A stretch of DNA of 63,177 nucleotides, filler included, from Sphacelaria rigidula (lineage: Eukaryota): the NCBI GenBank assembly GCA_964200075.2. It is 6 parts of 6 records of this genome, joined end to end, with 100 filler letters (N's around TTAATTAATTAA, not from the genome) between each part and the next. Parts side by side here need not be neighbours in the genome. Positions count along the whole stretch, not along the records: positions 31,643 to 42,087 come from CAXNAA020006476.1; positions 42,188 to 52,632 come from CAXNAA020006477.1; 4 more parts are not named here. The stretch is one strand, 5' to 3'. Each line of letters opens with the position of its first letter. Position 1 is the stretch's first letter. This document shows, piece after piece, positions 36,634 to 47,812 of the stretch. The notes under the pieces are model-generated. The model was given only the letters and a program-made list of their open reading frames with translations, was not told the DNA's origin and searched no databases. Made by a program: the position numbers and the translations under genes.

Positions 36634-39115
36634 ACCAGACCTCGCAAGACTATCCTGGTGAAGTGACATGTGTTGTCCGTAAGACTGCACCCCGGTGGTC
36701 TAAGTTTAAGTGGTCAAGCATACAGTCACTTACGGCGGAGGGCTTCAGGTTCGCATCCCAATTTATACCACATTTTCTTAGTAGAGTTTCCGTCGCTGGA
36801 AGAGTAAGCACGCGAGTAGCATATAATGTTCAATGATGGTCAATGAGCGACGGAGTACTACGGCACCAAGCCTCGGTAACGAAATTTCAGGCAGATGCCG
36901 GGGGAGAAATGAGTTCATCCCTTGAGACTGTGGAAGGGGGTGTCAATTAAAGTATGGGGGGGGGGAGATTGGACAACACTTACCAGAGGTAGTTCATCAG
37001 ATAGTATGAGAGCGTTTGCGAAACGAACAAATGGCCAAGGGACCCTCCCGACTACTACGCTTTCACGTGCATACACTTGCTTTCGGCTGCGAAACAACAC
37101 CAGACTAACATGCAGATAGCACTTCAAGCTCTCACCACAACAAAAAAGCAACAAATACAGCTCGTCCTCGTGAGGACTTGTGTCACGGAGGGCAACAGGG
37201 GAATGGAATGGGCTGTTGTGCACAGGCCGTCGCCATGCCAAGATACAACATGCCTTGTCCTACAGACCCCTGCCGGCATTGTCTTCGTGTTGCTGTTCGT
37301 ACGGACTATACTGCCTGCACGGACGAGAGAGCAGGGAAGTTGTCGACGAAACCATTTCTCCTGTCGGAACAGACAGGTCACAAGTCCACCCCCTCACACC
37401 TAATTCGTGCTTTGGATGTAGGTGGGGGTGTGGGTATAGTTGTAGTTGTTGCGTGAGAACCTGAAGCTGCGTATGTTGGCAAGAACGAGAGCAGCCAAAG
37501 CACTGCAGCATGACCGTGTAGGCTGCACCCACGCCCTCCCCACCGGCTTTGAACGTATCCGCCCCCCGGATACTTGCTTACGGCTAACCACAAGCTGACG
37601 ACCACGTTTGGTCGCTAGCCACCGAGATATCAAGGAGCAGCATATATTTCCCTTTCCTTGTTGTCCTACACCTTGAACGAAAATTCCACATTGGCCACAA
37701 AGCGCTCTGGGGGCGACTACGTCAGCTGCACAAGTGACCTCATCTTTTCATACCCCCTTCCAATGGGGTATCGGATGGTTTCGGGCAACTCCGCAAGCCA
37801 ACCCATCTCTCTCATTTTTTTCAGTTGCCGCGTCATCACTTCGCATTCTCGGACTCGCGGTCAACTCTTGTCATTCTCTCTGAGCAGTGCACATGTTCAC
37901 CTTTGCCCAGCTTCCCCTGACTGATGGCAGTGCAGCCGTGGGGGGGCAGGCGAGTGCTTCATGACAGTTGGACCCCTTGTGCAACTTCATGACAGATGGA
38001 TGAGAGCGATGACGGAGAAGACTGCGTGGTGTCTTGTCCGGTATTATCAAATGGCGAACCTCCGCAGTTCACCGTCGATGCTGCGTCGCAAAACACTTCG
38101 CCCGAGTAAAACAGAGGCAAGCAATTGCCTCTGTCCGGCGGTTGTGGGATCAACATCACGCATCATCTTCATTGCACGGCCGCATGCACGGCCGTGCCAC
38201 CGTCTATCGCCGGCAGACCGTTGAACTACTGTATGAAAACTGTCATTTACATCCCATGTGGACAGACAGTATAGAACTGCCTGTACTGCCCGCTGTTTAA
38301 TTCTGCAGGAACATGGTTACACACACCCCGCAGGACTGTCACCCAAATAATTGTGCCGCAACGAGGCCCGGCGCTCGTACCGTTGAGGATGAAAAAGAGT
38401 TATTGGGGGTCCCGCTGCGCGCCATTTTCAAGATACTCACCACCCTTTCCAGAAATACCTTGACGTATCTTGATTAAAATATTGAAACCTGGTCTGAGAC
38501 CTGAACCCCTTTTGATGTGGAAAAAAAGAAAGAGTGGCTCGTGTAGAATGACGTTACGCTTTCTCCTCTACGCGATAGAATAAATTCACATTGCGATGGT
38601 GTCCAGGAGCACGTAGACAGCTGTTCATGTTTCCGTCTAAAAGCCGGACATATCTCGGGGGGGCTCATTTTTTTTACCTTGAATATGCGGACGGGAAAAG
38701 AGAACGCGTTCTATTCCCAAGACGTAGCACAAGACAGGCGCAGCAAGCGAAAGGAGAAATTTCCGTACAGCGCGTGGATTCATGCACGTTGCATTAATGA
38801 CAGAAACGTATAAGGGCAGGAGAGCAACCAAACGACAAAAACAACGCTGCAGGTGCCACTAACATCTTCACATCGTGCATTCTTGGTCTATTCTTTTTTT
38901 GCCACACCGGATTCTTTGGACGGCTCGCATGCTTGGAGTTTCCGCCAAAACACATGGAGTTACATCCGAACGGGACAATAAACAATAAATTCGACATGGA
39001 GGAGGGTCTACAGCACACTCGCTGTGCATGCGTCGCCGTGGCAAATACGAAGGAAAGGACCCTACGAGTACGATACAACAGTCTGCAGAAATGGAGTAAG
39101 GCGGTTGGTGCTCAC

Positions 39116-39260
39116 CGAAAGCGTCCTCCTCGCCGGAGTAGTACCCGATGACTCGGCGATACACCGAGTACCCGAACGCGTTGTACATATTAATCGCTAG
39201 CGTGTTGGACACGCGCACGAACAGGTCCACAAAGAACGCGTTGTACACGCTCTCAGACAC
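39116..39260 (-). CDS. NAA20: NAA20 exon
   Basis: gcag|VSESVYNAFFVDLFVRVSNTLAINMYNAFGYSVYRRVIGYYSGEEDAF+G|gtgagc. Contains the FVDLFVRVSN signature. Confidence 0.96.
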
Positions 39261-39997
39261 CTGCCGCGAGAGCCGCCCGCATCACGCCCATCAAGGGCAC
39301 GTCAAGTAGTACGGAGCACTGTCAGTAAGACCAGAAAAAAAACGACTAGGAACAACGACCGCAAAAAGAAGGAAAAAAAATTGGGTATTCTCAATGACTT
39401 TTGGCACGCAGCCGCATCGCCTAGTTTAGAACGAGATCTGAAGTTTCAAGAGCTTGGTAGTGAGCGCACAGCACCAAATCCGCCTAGAAATGTTTGTGCA
39501 CTTTAAATCCTCCGAAAGCAAAGCACTTTCCTTTCAGTCAAATGCATGCCAATGCCTTTGTGTATCGATCGACCATGGTATGCGGCTACTCCTACTCCTG
39601 CTCCTACCGTAGAGATCCCATACCTCGCCGGGGCCAAAGGGTTGAGGGTGCTTCGCCAATACACAGCAACAGCGCACCAAGAAGATGGGCAAAAGATTGT
39701 GCGGGCGTTTTCACACGACGGAGGAAGACAAATAAAAGCATTGCTACACTTCCGTATAGCAGACCAGCAGCAGTTTGAATCGCCAACCCATCTACAGACG
39801 GCGCTACCCTACCTGCTAAGTTAGTCATGGTTCTCCCGGCCCGTATGTGACTCAGAGTGAGTTCAGAGCAAGGCACGAACACACCACCCACACACCCACA
39901 CACCCACAACCCTGGGGAACAATAACATATTACCGTATCAAACAATGGGCATTTCAGGTTAAGCGACACGGTAATGAAAGATATAAACAATACACAC

Positions 39998-40116
39998 CGT
40001 CTCGAGGCTGTCCATTAATTGCTTCGCCACACCCAAGCGTCGGTACTCGGGAGCGACGGTAACTGCCGTGACGTGTCCATGCCATAACTCCTTCTGCCCT
40101 TCTGCCTTCCCCATGA
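39998..40116 (-). CDS. NAA20: NAA20 exon
   Basis: ccag|(I)MGKAEGQKELWHGHVTAVTVAPEYRRLGVAKQLMDSLET|gtgtgt. Contains the acetyl-CoA-binding RRLGxA motif. Confidence 0.96.
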
Positions 40117-40985
40117 CTGGAACCAAACAGAGGGTAAAACACAGCAAAACGTTTCGAGATGGGTTCGTGTCATGGGAAATCACGACAGGAAGGGGAAACA
40201 GTAGAGTCCAAAGACGGTATTTAAGGCAGGGTACAACCTCGGGTACCCCGGACTTGAAGGGTATCTGAAGTACACGGCAATCCATGGTAGTCAGGGCATC
40301 GACAGCAGAAAATACCCAGTATTCCACGATAAAAAGGGTATCGAGTGCAGAAAATATCCAGTCATGACCCAGAGTACCAAGTTTATCAACCGAAAATCCG
40401 GGATGCCGAGGGTAAACCATACTCTCACCACCTTCGGAGTTCTTGCGCAAACATATACCGCATTTATTTGACCATTTTCTACTTTTCGTATATAGCTGTT
40501 ATACTACTCAGCTCGCCGTTCCGGACCTCAATCTACGAATGCCAATCAATACTTTAAATCGAAACGCTGAGACACAGTTTGACTATTTTCACCATGTCAC
40601 GGACATACGATAACCATTTGTGAGCTCAGCATGACAGATCAAACCCCCATCTCATGGTTGTTAGCCAGCATCAGCATGTTGGGGCTCAGGACGACCAGGT
40701 CACTAAAAGCCATGTATAGCACGAGACATTGAAAAATGACGAATAACTACGCGGTTGCGTAAACACTCTGATGAATCATCGAAAGACGGCTGGTAATGGA
40801 CGCGCCGCAGCCGTGCGTTCGATGGTCGACTGGCCACGCGCCACGGTCGCGGCGCAAAGGTTTGCAATTACGCCGCATCAATTCGGGAAAGAGAGAAGGT
40901 ACAGTACTAACGATAAATCGAAGGAGAGGAACATGATTACAAAAAAAAAAAGAGCAGCAACGACGAGCAGCAGCACGCTTTTTTT

Positions 40986-41563
40986 CAAGGTTGTAATCTG
41001 TAGGGTACGGGTATGTTCTGTAGGGTATGGGATTCCATACAGAACTTACAGAATTATCGGGTACCGGTATGCAAGTCTCACGGAAATTACAAAACTATCG
41101 GGTACCGGTTTGAAAGTCTTGCAGAGATTACATAACTTGTCGGGTACAGTATGGGAGGCTTTCAGGAAACCGTACCGGCAATCGGGTATTTCTTCGAGAG
41201 CATACCCGCGCTCCGGGTACGGGTAAACATTATGTACAGAACTCACAGAACTGTCGGGTAAGGGTATGGGAGGCTTACAGAACTCACAGAAACAGTCGGG
41301 TAGGGTATGGAGGTTGCACAGAAAACCGTACCCGCAACCGGGTATCTCACCAAGAGCCTACATGTGCCCCAAGGTAACGGTGCGGGATATTTACAGAGAT
41401 TACAGAACTATCGGGTGAGGGTATGGAAGTCTTACAGCGATTATAGAACTGTCGCGTACCGGTATGAAAGTGTTACAGAAGTCACAGAACTGTCGGGTAT
41501 GGTAAATACCCGGGAAAATACCCCGGGTATACAGAAAACCGTACCCTACAGGACACAACCTTG
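40986..41563. mobile_element. hAT-type element in an NAA20 intron, with an internal tandem array of about 41 bp
   Basis: TIR CAAGGTTGT..CTGTAGGGTACGG / CCGTACCCTACAGGACACAACCTTG. Possible TSD CTTTTTTT/CTTCTTTC. ACAGAACTCACAGAA at 41236 and 41277. Confidence 0.8.
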
Positions 41564-41858
41564 CTTCTTTCAATCCATCGCAAAATAAAAAGGCAAGCTG
41601 GGGGCTTGTACGATGCTACCATCCACAACGCACAGGGGGCACATCTGACATCATCGCCGATAGACGGAAGGGAAACAAACAAAAAACGCACGGATAATCA
41701 TCAATTGTATCAGCTAAAGTGCGCACAACATAAATGTCTCCAAGTCCCGTCCCCTCCCGAGCAAAATGTAAGCGCCTGGGTGTGCATCAGGAATAACGAC
41801 GCCCGGCATGACTGACTTGATCGTTCGAAAATGTAATTCGACAGGATACTCTACTCAC

Positions 41859-41949
41859 TGTAACCCATAGGCGTTCCGTCTGGCGCCTCCTTCATGAGGA
41901 AGTATTCTGGCCAGGTGGCGAGGTACTGGAGGTAGAACGGCATATTGTA
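41859..41949 (-). CDS. NAA20: NAA20 exon; the first coding exon lies beyond the contig end
   Basis: gcag|YNMPFYLQYLATWPEYFLMKEAPDGTPMGY+A|gtgagt. Matches FYLQYLxxWPEYF. Confidence 0.95.
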
Positions 41950-42087
41950 CTGCGATTCAAGCGGGCGGCAGAGGGGCAAACGCAAACCCAAGGGCGAGTT
42001 TGGGGGGGGGGGGGGGGGGGGGGGCCGCTGGTGTTGGTCGTGCTCTTTGTTTATTGTGGGATGGTGGGGGGGGGGGGGGGGGGAAAC

Positions 42088-42187
42088 NNNNNNNNNNNNN
42101 NNNNNNNNNNNNNNNNNNNNNNNNNNNNNNNTTAATTAATTAANNNNNNNNNNNNNNNNNNNNNNNNNNNNNNNNNNNNNNNNNNNN
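42088..42187. other. Artificial contig spacer
   Basis: 44 N + TTAATTAATTAA + 44 N. Confidence 0.99.
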
Positions 42188-42487
42188 CTCTTCCCCACCA
42201 TCGTGTGTTTGCGGCAGGTGTCCATTTGTGTTATTTTCGAGTGAAATGATCAATGAGGCCCCTGCAGCATCATTTTTACGAAAACAATAACACAAATGGA
42301 CACCTACCGCAAACAAACGATCGTGGGGAAATGGGTTTCAAGCGGAATATGTACCCCGTTTCAAATCGATCACTGCTCTGCAAGAAAAATGGAGGCGTAG
42401 AGACCTACCTGGACGAGACAACCGTGGCTCCGACCACCATAAAACCCTTTCAGTGAAATAACCACCAACGGACATCTGTCAAGGTGT

Positions 42488-42634
42488 CTATATCTTAGCT
42501 TCTTCTACCCCCGCCCCGGCCCCTGGGGTTTCCGCCCCTGGCGGAACTACATCTCTCTCGTCTTCGGCTCCCGCGACGATGGATACATCCAAGTCGTCAA
42601 GTTCCGCCAGTCGCGCAGGCAAGTACTTGAGCAC
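42488..42634 (-). CDS. Possible terminal exon of an unidentified gene
   Basis: acag|VLKYLPARLAELDDLDVSIVAGAEDERDVVPPGAETPGAGAGVEEAKI*. Protein-like composition, but no partner exons identified. Confidence 0.35.
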   Translation of the reverse strand: MLKYLPARLAELDDLDVSIVAGAEDERDVVPPGAETPGAGAGVEEAKI

Positions 42635-42654
42635 CTGTGTCTGCGGTCGACACT

Positions 42655-42836
42655 TGTACATGTGCAAATATGCATATAAACTCGAAGATTCTTGGTTCAA
42701 GATCGTCAAAGAACTCATTATAATTATTTGCTCATCGGATTGCTGACTCCTCCACTGAAGTCTTTCATCACGAGTGATGACTCGAGTGCTCGCCCTTTTC
42801 ATTTTTTCCACAACGAGCAATGACTCGAGTGCAAAC
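42655..42836 (+). repeat. Copy of the repeat at 8430-8735
   Basis: GGTTCAAGATCGTC.AAGA.CTCATTATAATT.TTTGCTC.TCGGATTGCTGA and CGAGCAATGACTCGAG are shared. Confidence 0.8.
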
Positions 42837-43406
42837 ACTCTGTACTCTACAAGCTGTCAGCGCTGTGTGGCGTGGGGGTCCCTGCGGGTTCCGTTTGACC
42901 GTTCGAGATGCCACCTCTCATCATGAGCCTCGAATACAGTACACTCTGCCCACGCACCCAACCCCTGAAGACACTACAGTAGTAGCACTGCTTACATTGG
43001 GGTGTTATGTCTACAGTCAATAAGGTTGTGTCTCTCAGGGTCTTGTCGTCATCGACCCCGCCCTGCGCTGCTCTCATGGGTTAAAGGGCTACCATGATAC
43101 TGGCGAGCGAAGGACAATGAAGCAAGAGGCTGATTGCCCGCGAGCACCAGCGACAGCAGTGGTGATGGCAGCCAAGCCATCATGGCTGCTGTTGTGCGCT
43201 GGAGCGTGTGTCTGGTTGCGGCGGGATTTCACACGTGTTTTCAATAACATATTTCCATAGCCCAAAGCTAACAGAAGTGCTGATTTTCTGATGACTTTGG
43301 GCTATCGAAAGAAAATGGTATCAGAAAAGAATATTGAAAAAACGCGTTTTCTGATCACACGAGAAGTAATAGCCATATTGTCACGAGAAGGCCCGTGCCT
43401 CTTTAA

Positions 43407-43504
43407 CCCTTAGACCGCGAGGTTAGTCTTTCTGTCGAATCGGCACCAATTCCACTTGAAAAAAGTATGCATGATCCAGGAAGACTACCCTCGCGGTCTA
43501 AGGG
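43407..43504 (-). mobile_element. piggyBac-like MITE (inverted copy)
   Basis: TTAA|CCCTTAGACCGCGAGG...CCTCGCGGTCTAAGGG|TCAA. Confidence 0.85.
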
Positions 43505-44074
43505 TCAAGAAGAGAAAAAGTGAAGGGCCAATTTTTATTCCCCTCGGCATGCCTTTGCAATTCTCCATGATGAGTTTCAAATCTCAATTCTTGCAATTGG
43601 GCTGAAAAACTGATATGTGGTCCGAGAGCATCGTCCATTTTCCCTCAAAACTTCCCAATTTTCCTAGAAAACAAAAAACAATGAAGAGGCAATAAAAAAT
43701 ACGATAAACGACGGTTTTGTATCATGCACTAGGGGTTCCCCATACGAAATTCCGAAGCACAACTGACTGCTGCCGATATAGCCCCCCCCCCCGAACCTGC
43801 CAAAAAAGTGCACGGAGGCGATGATCATGAAGGACGTCAGAGCTGGTTTCGTGCTGCACGACGCGACCCATTTAGGCGTTAGAGCTGATTTCAGACTGCT
43901 ACACGCCTCTCATGCGGGCGAAATTGCTGGAAACGAGCCAAATAGTGGGATCGCAGCCTGTTTGTCGGACGGTCTCCGTTGCGCTTTTGGGGGGGGGGGG
44001 CTAACTCGGCATCAGTCAACTCCCAAAAACTAATACGCAATATCCGGATTAAGTGCATCAAGTGCCTCTGCTCA

Positions 44075-44372
44075 ATATACTTTTTCCCGTGCTCCAGAAA
44101 GAGTCCACACCAAACATCGTCATCATGCGCTGGAAAAATTGTTCGGGATCCAGTAGAGACTTGAGTATGGACGCTATTTCCGTACGGTATAGGAATTACT
44201 AAAGACATGGGATTCAATCAAGGCAAAGAATTGGCCCAGACTTTTGAGCACGTGTACACCTTCCCCATAATCGGACGATTAATACGATATGAAGATCACG
44301 GCCCAACTCGTCGGTGTCGACGAGATATCGCTTTGAGAGCTTGAAGCCGCACCCAGGCCGACCCAGCTCGTA
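44075..44372 (-). repeat. Dispersed repeat (copy of 19606-19900)
   Basis: The reverse complement is colinear with 19606-19900. Confidence 0.8.
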
Positions 44373-45618
44373 GCGCTGCTGTGAGATGTGCAGTCTCACG
44401 TCGTCTGGGGATGATGCATGTTGTTGAATTTGCATGTGTTCTCTAGGAAAATATGACCGCTGCCTACGATTAGTCGAGATCTAACTCTGTGCGTGAAATT
44501 GCCGCAACATTCCCGACCGACAGGGCATGGGCTATGCTGGCGCATGTGTACGGCTTCGGTGGCAGTCACGTGAGTCGATCAAGACTTCCTGAATGGTGAT
44601 GCCAACACGGCAGAAATGGCATGTCGAGTGGCTGTCCAAGGCGGTGGGTATCCCCACCATGGATACGTTTAGCCTTACCCCCTCCCGGTGTATATTCTTG
44701 ATGCGCGTGTTCCAAACGATTTTTATAGAGTGCGATTGTTGGAATATATGTATATATATATGTGGCTATCGTGGCTTGTGTATAAAATGCACAGTGTTCA
44801 AGTGTCGAGTTGACAGGAACAATCGGTTCAACTGGTGAACCCAGCTCTAACAAGAGAGCTCGCAGAGGCTGCACAGTGTTGGTTGATTCCTTGCTTGTGC
44901 GAGGAGAGAAGATGCCTCAATTTGCCGCTTCATCTGAGCGTTACTCAAATAAGACATAATCACTCTTTTGGTACCCAACCCTTGAACATTCTGACAATAT
45001 GCTGACTGTCTGTATACGAGCTATACAGTACATGAGCTATTCATTATTCTACCACGAATATCTCACTACTTCAGTTATTCCCACGACTTTTGTTCTAACT
45101 ATGAACCGCTACTGGTTTTACCGCTAATGTCGAGTGTATATATTCGGAACTGTTATTTATCAAATTCCAACAGAGACGACGCCGGGTTCCAGGCCGACAT
45201 TCACTTTGCCGAGTATTGTCGTCGCACTCGTGGTCGATTACGATCCCCTCTTCCCACATTGATTGCCTAAAGACTTCTCCACCCCATGTGTGCGCTCCCC
45301 TCTGGTAGAAATCGTTCGTCGAATGCATGCAGCGTTCACATGTGATTCTGGAGAGCATTCGGAATGGAGAACAGTCAAGTGCCGTGGTACCAAAGGTAAG
45401 TAAGTCGTGTAGGGCATGATGCGGCCATGAGATGCGTTGGGTTCATCATTGGCTGTGGTTCAAAGAAATGTTGTCCCTAGCACCGGTGCTTGTTCGTTCC
45501 GGCGCTGGTTTCGCGCACCCCAACAGATTAACCCAATCCCAGAGACGGTGCAGGGATAATGAGATGAGAATCTTTCACAGAAATGGACCACACGACGAAC
45601 ACGGGGGATGGACGCTGT

Positions 45619-45878
45619 CAAGGGTCGGACAAATAATGATTCGTCTGAAAATTGCTTGATTTTAGTATGATGAGTCGACTCGTGACGAATCAATCCTTGG
45701 GCTTTATTTCAGCGTTTCAACCCAGGTACACGCAGCCCAGACACGTGGAAGGGCATAAAAGCTGCGTGGATACCCCTTGGACCAGCGACTAATCGTTTTC
45801 TCCCTTTTGGGCAATCAGGCCGAAGAAACCGTGAACTATTTTGGTAATTTTGAGTCGTGATGATTTGTCCTAACCGTG
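45619..45878 (-). mobile_element. hAT-type MITE family B
   Basis: CAAGGGTCGGACAAAT / ATTTGTCCTAACCGTG. 8-bp TSD GACGCTGT/GACGCTTT. Colinear (inverted) with 35085-35343. Confidence 0.85.
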
Positions 45879-46611
45879 GACGCTTTTTCCGCCCATGCGT
45901 CTCCAGCTGACGGGCTGAAGTAACTCAGTTTTGACACTTTCTACGATAGCCCCCCCCAAAAAACAAACAGCTAAAAGTGTCACGAACAAAATGGCCATAC
46001 AGCGCCTGATGTTCGGGTTCAGGCTGTATGAAGCGCCTGATATTGGCGACGTTGGCTAGAACGAACCCAAGCGTGGGAAGTCCCAGCTTCTCGTTGTGCT
46101 AGGCTTTTCCCGTTTCGATTTACGTGAAGATTTTGCCCCCCAAAACCACGCACTTTTTTGGGGGGGGGGCTATCGTAAAAACTGTCTTTTTCTTTCTCTG
46201 GCGTCAGCATACTGCGTACAACACGTCTCAAATGGTCCCAAACCAGGTACCGTTGACGCTAGCGTCGGAAAACAGTACGTTGGTCCCGAATGGAATGAAA
46301 ACGACCAAACCACCTCTCAGCTCCCCGAGACCAGGTATATGTCCACAGCGTTGTGTGCCCAGACGATTCAATTTTTGGTAATACCGACCTCAGCCCCTCA
46401 ACAAGGATCATGGTGGCGACGGGTCGGGTGAGGATGCCATGGCTTTATGTAGAAATTCGCCACTCCCTCGCGTGTTTTCCCATAACATACGCCAACACGA
46501 TCGTGTTCATCGTGTAAACGTGAGGCTTTGGTCACACTAGGCTCAGAACAGTCGCTTCCAGGCCACGATTCGTCGGACTATGCTCCCTAAGCCCGTGTCT
46601 CCCAAATTCAG

Positions 46612-46725
46612 GGCTTGGCAGAACTAGTGCAAGCTGGAGCCGGCGTAAAACCCCCTCGAGACAAGACTCAGTATAGCACAGGACCGCAGCCGCGTGATGG
46701 AGACGTCGTGCGCCCTCGCCCTATG
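46612..46725 (+). CDS. Possible internal exon of an unidentified gene
   Basis: ttcag|GLAELVQAGAG...VVRPRPM|gtgagt. 114 nt, phase 0/0. Confidence 0.4.
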
Positions 46726-47344
46726 GTGAGTGCAGTCTTCTGCGCTTTCGATCTATTGAAAGATGCAAGACTTGAACCGAATAGTGTCAAAGTATAATGG
46801 GGTCCACAACAAACACACGAATCTGGGCTGAGGCCCGCGCTTTACGGTTGGCATTTGCGGAACGTTTCTATGAGCCATCCCATTTCCCACCAACGGAATG
46901 TATACACAACGGTTTTATGCTGCAAACCGCTGTAGGCCGATGCCCCATGTTTGCCTGTCATTATTACATGATGACGCGCAAAAAGCTCAAGCGCCTAGTA
47001 TCAGTCTCAAGCACCCCCCTTGACAGGGCAGTAATTCCATAATGCAGCGCAGACATCCTGTGTGCAATGTCAGGACTGTGCGTGTGTGAAACTGCATGGG
47101 ACGAGCAGCAGTGCTGACTCTCGGGGGTGTCCACTTTCTGGATAGGGGAATGAAAATAAATACCTGTGTGGAAAATGAGCCGTGAAGTTCCTGAATGAAA
47201 TTATCACGAGTAGGGAACGCGCATGAAGAAGTGCGAAGGCGCCTAATATGACCCTGTATTCCGTCGCCACGGAATGGGCCTGCTGCCATATTGGCTCCAT
47301 GCATATAGTTCCGGCGGCGTCCCTTCAACTACCTGTCTGTGCAG

Positions 47345-47812
47345 ATGACCAACATTGCCAACGAGGATCAAGTACTCCGGCACTCGATGCAGGCAATGCA
47401 GTCTTTCCAGAACGCCTTCATCGATGACGTTCAAAAAGAAGCCAAAAGCTCTCCTGCTTGTGGCAAGGGCGAAGGTCCAAGGGAAGATCTGTTTGTGTAT
47501 AGTAAATCCCCACCGGAGAAAGAGCGCAACCCCGGCCTACAGTTGGAGCAAGCGCTGGGGTCTACAGAGGTACTCGAGGAGACGATGGCCAACAGAATGA
47601 ACGTATTTGCTTGGGAGATGGAGACATTGGAGCACATTATGGAGAGGTGGAGAATGACAAACTTGCTATGCCTCTGTGCAGTGGTCGGGGCAGCTACCAC
47701 AGATTGTGGAAGTTGCGAAGAGGAAGGCTATGAAGTTCAGAATTTGCTGGACACCTCCAATGATGGAAAACGATGGGAGGGCAAAAGGCGGGAAGGCGGG
47801 GGTTTGACCTGA
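47345..47812 (+). CDS. Possible terminal exon of the same unidentified gene
   Basis: ctgtgcag|MTNIANEDQVLRHSMQ...EGGGLT*. In phase with 46612-46725; no recognisable domain. Confidence 0.45.
   Translation: MTNIANEDQVLRHSMQAMQSFQNAFIDDVQKEAKSSPACGKGEGPREDLFVYSKSPPEKERNPGLQLEQALGSTEVLEETMANRMNVFAWEMETLEHIMERWRMTNLLCLCAVVGAATTDCGSCEEEGYEVQNLLDTSNDGKRWEGKRREGGGLT

Noticed and set aside
36685..36765. tRNA gene or SINE (GGTTCGCATCCC B-box-like)
   Set aside because: No cloverleaf could be built and there is no second copy in the window.
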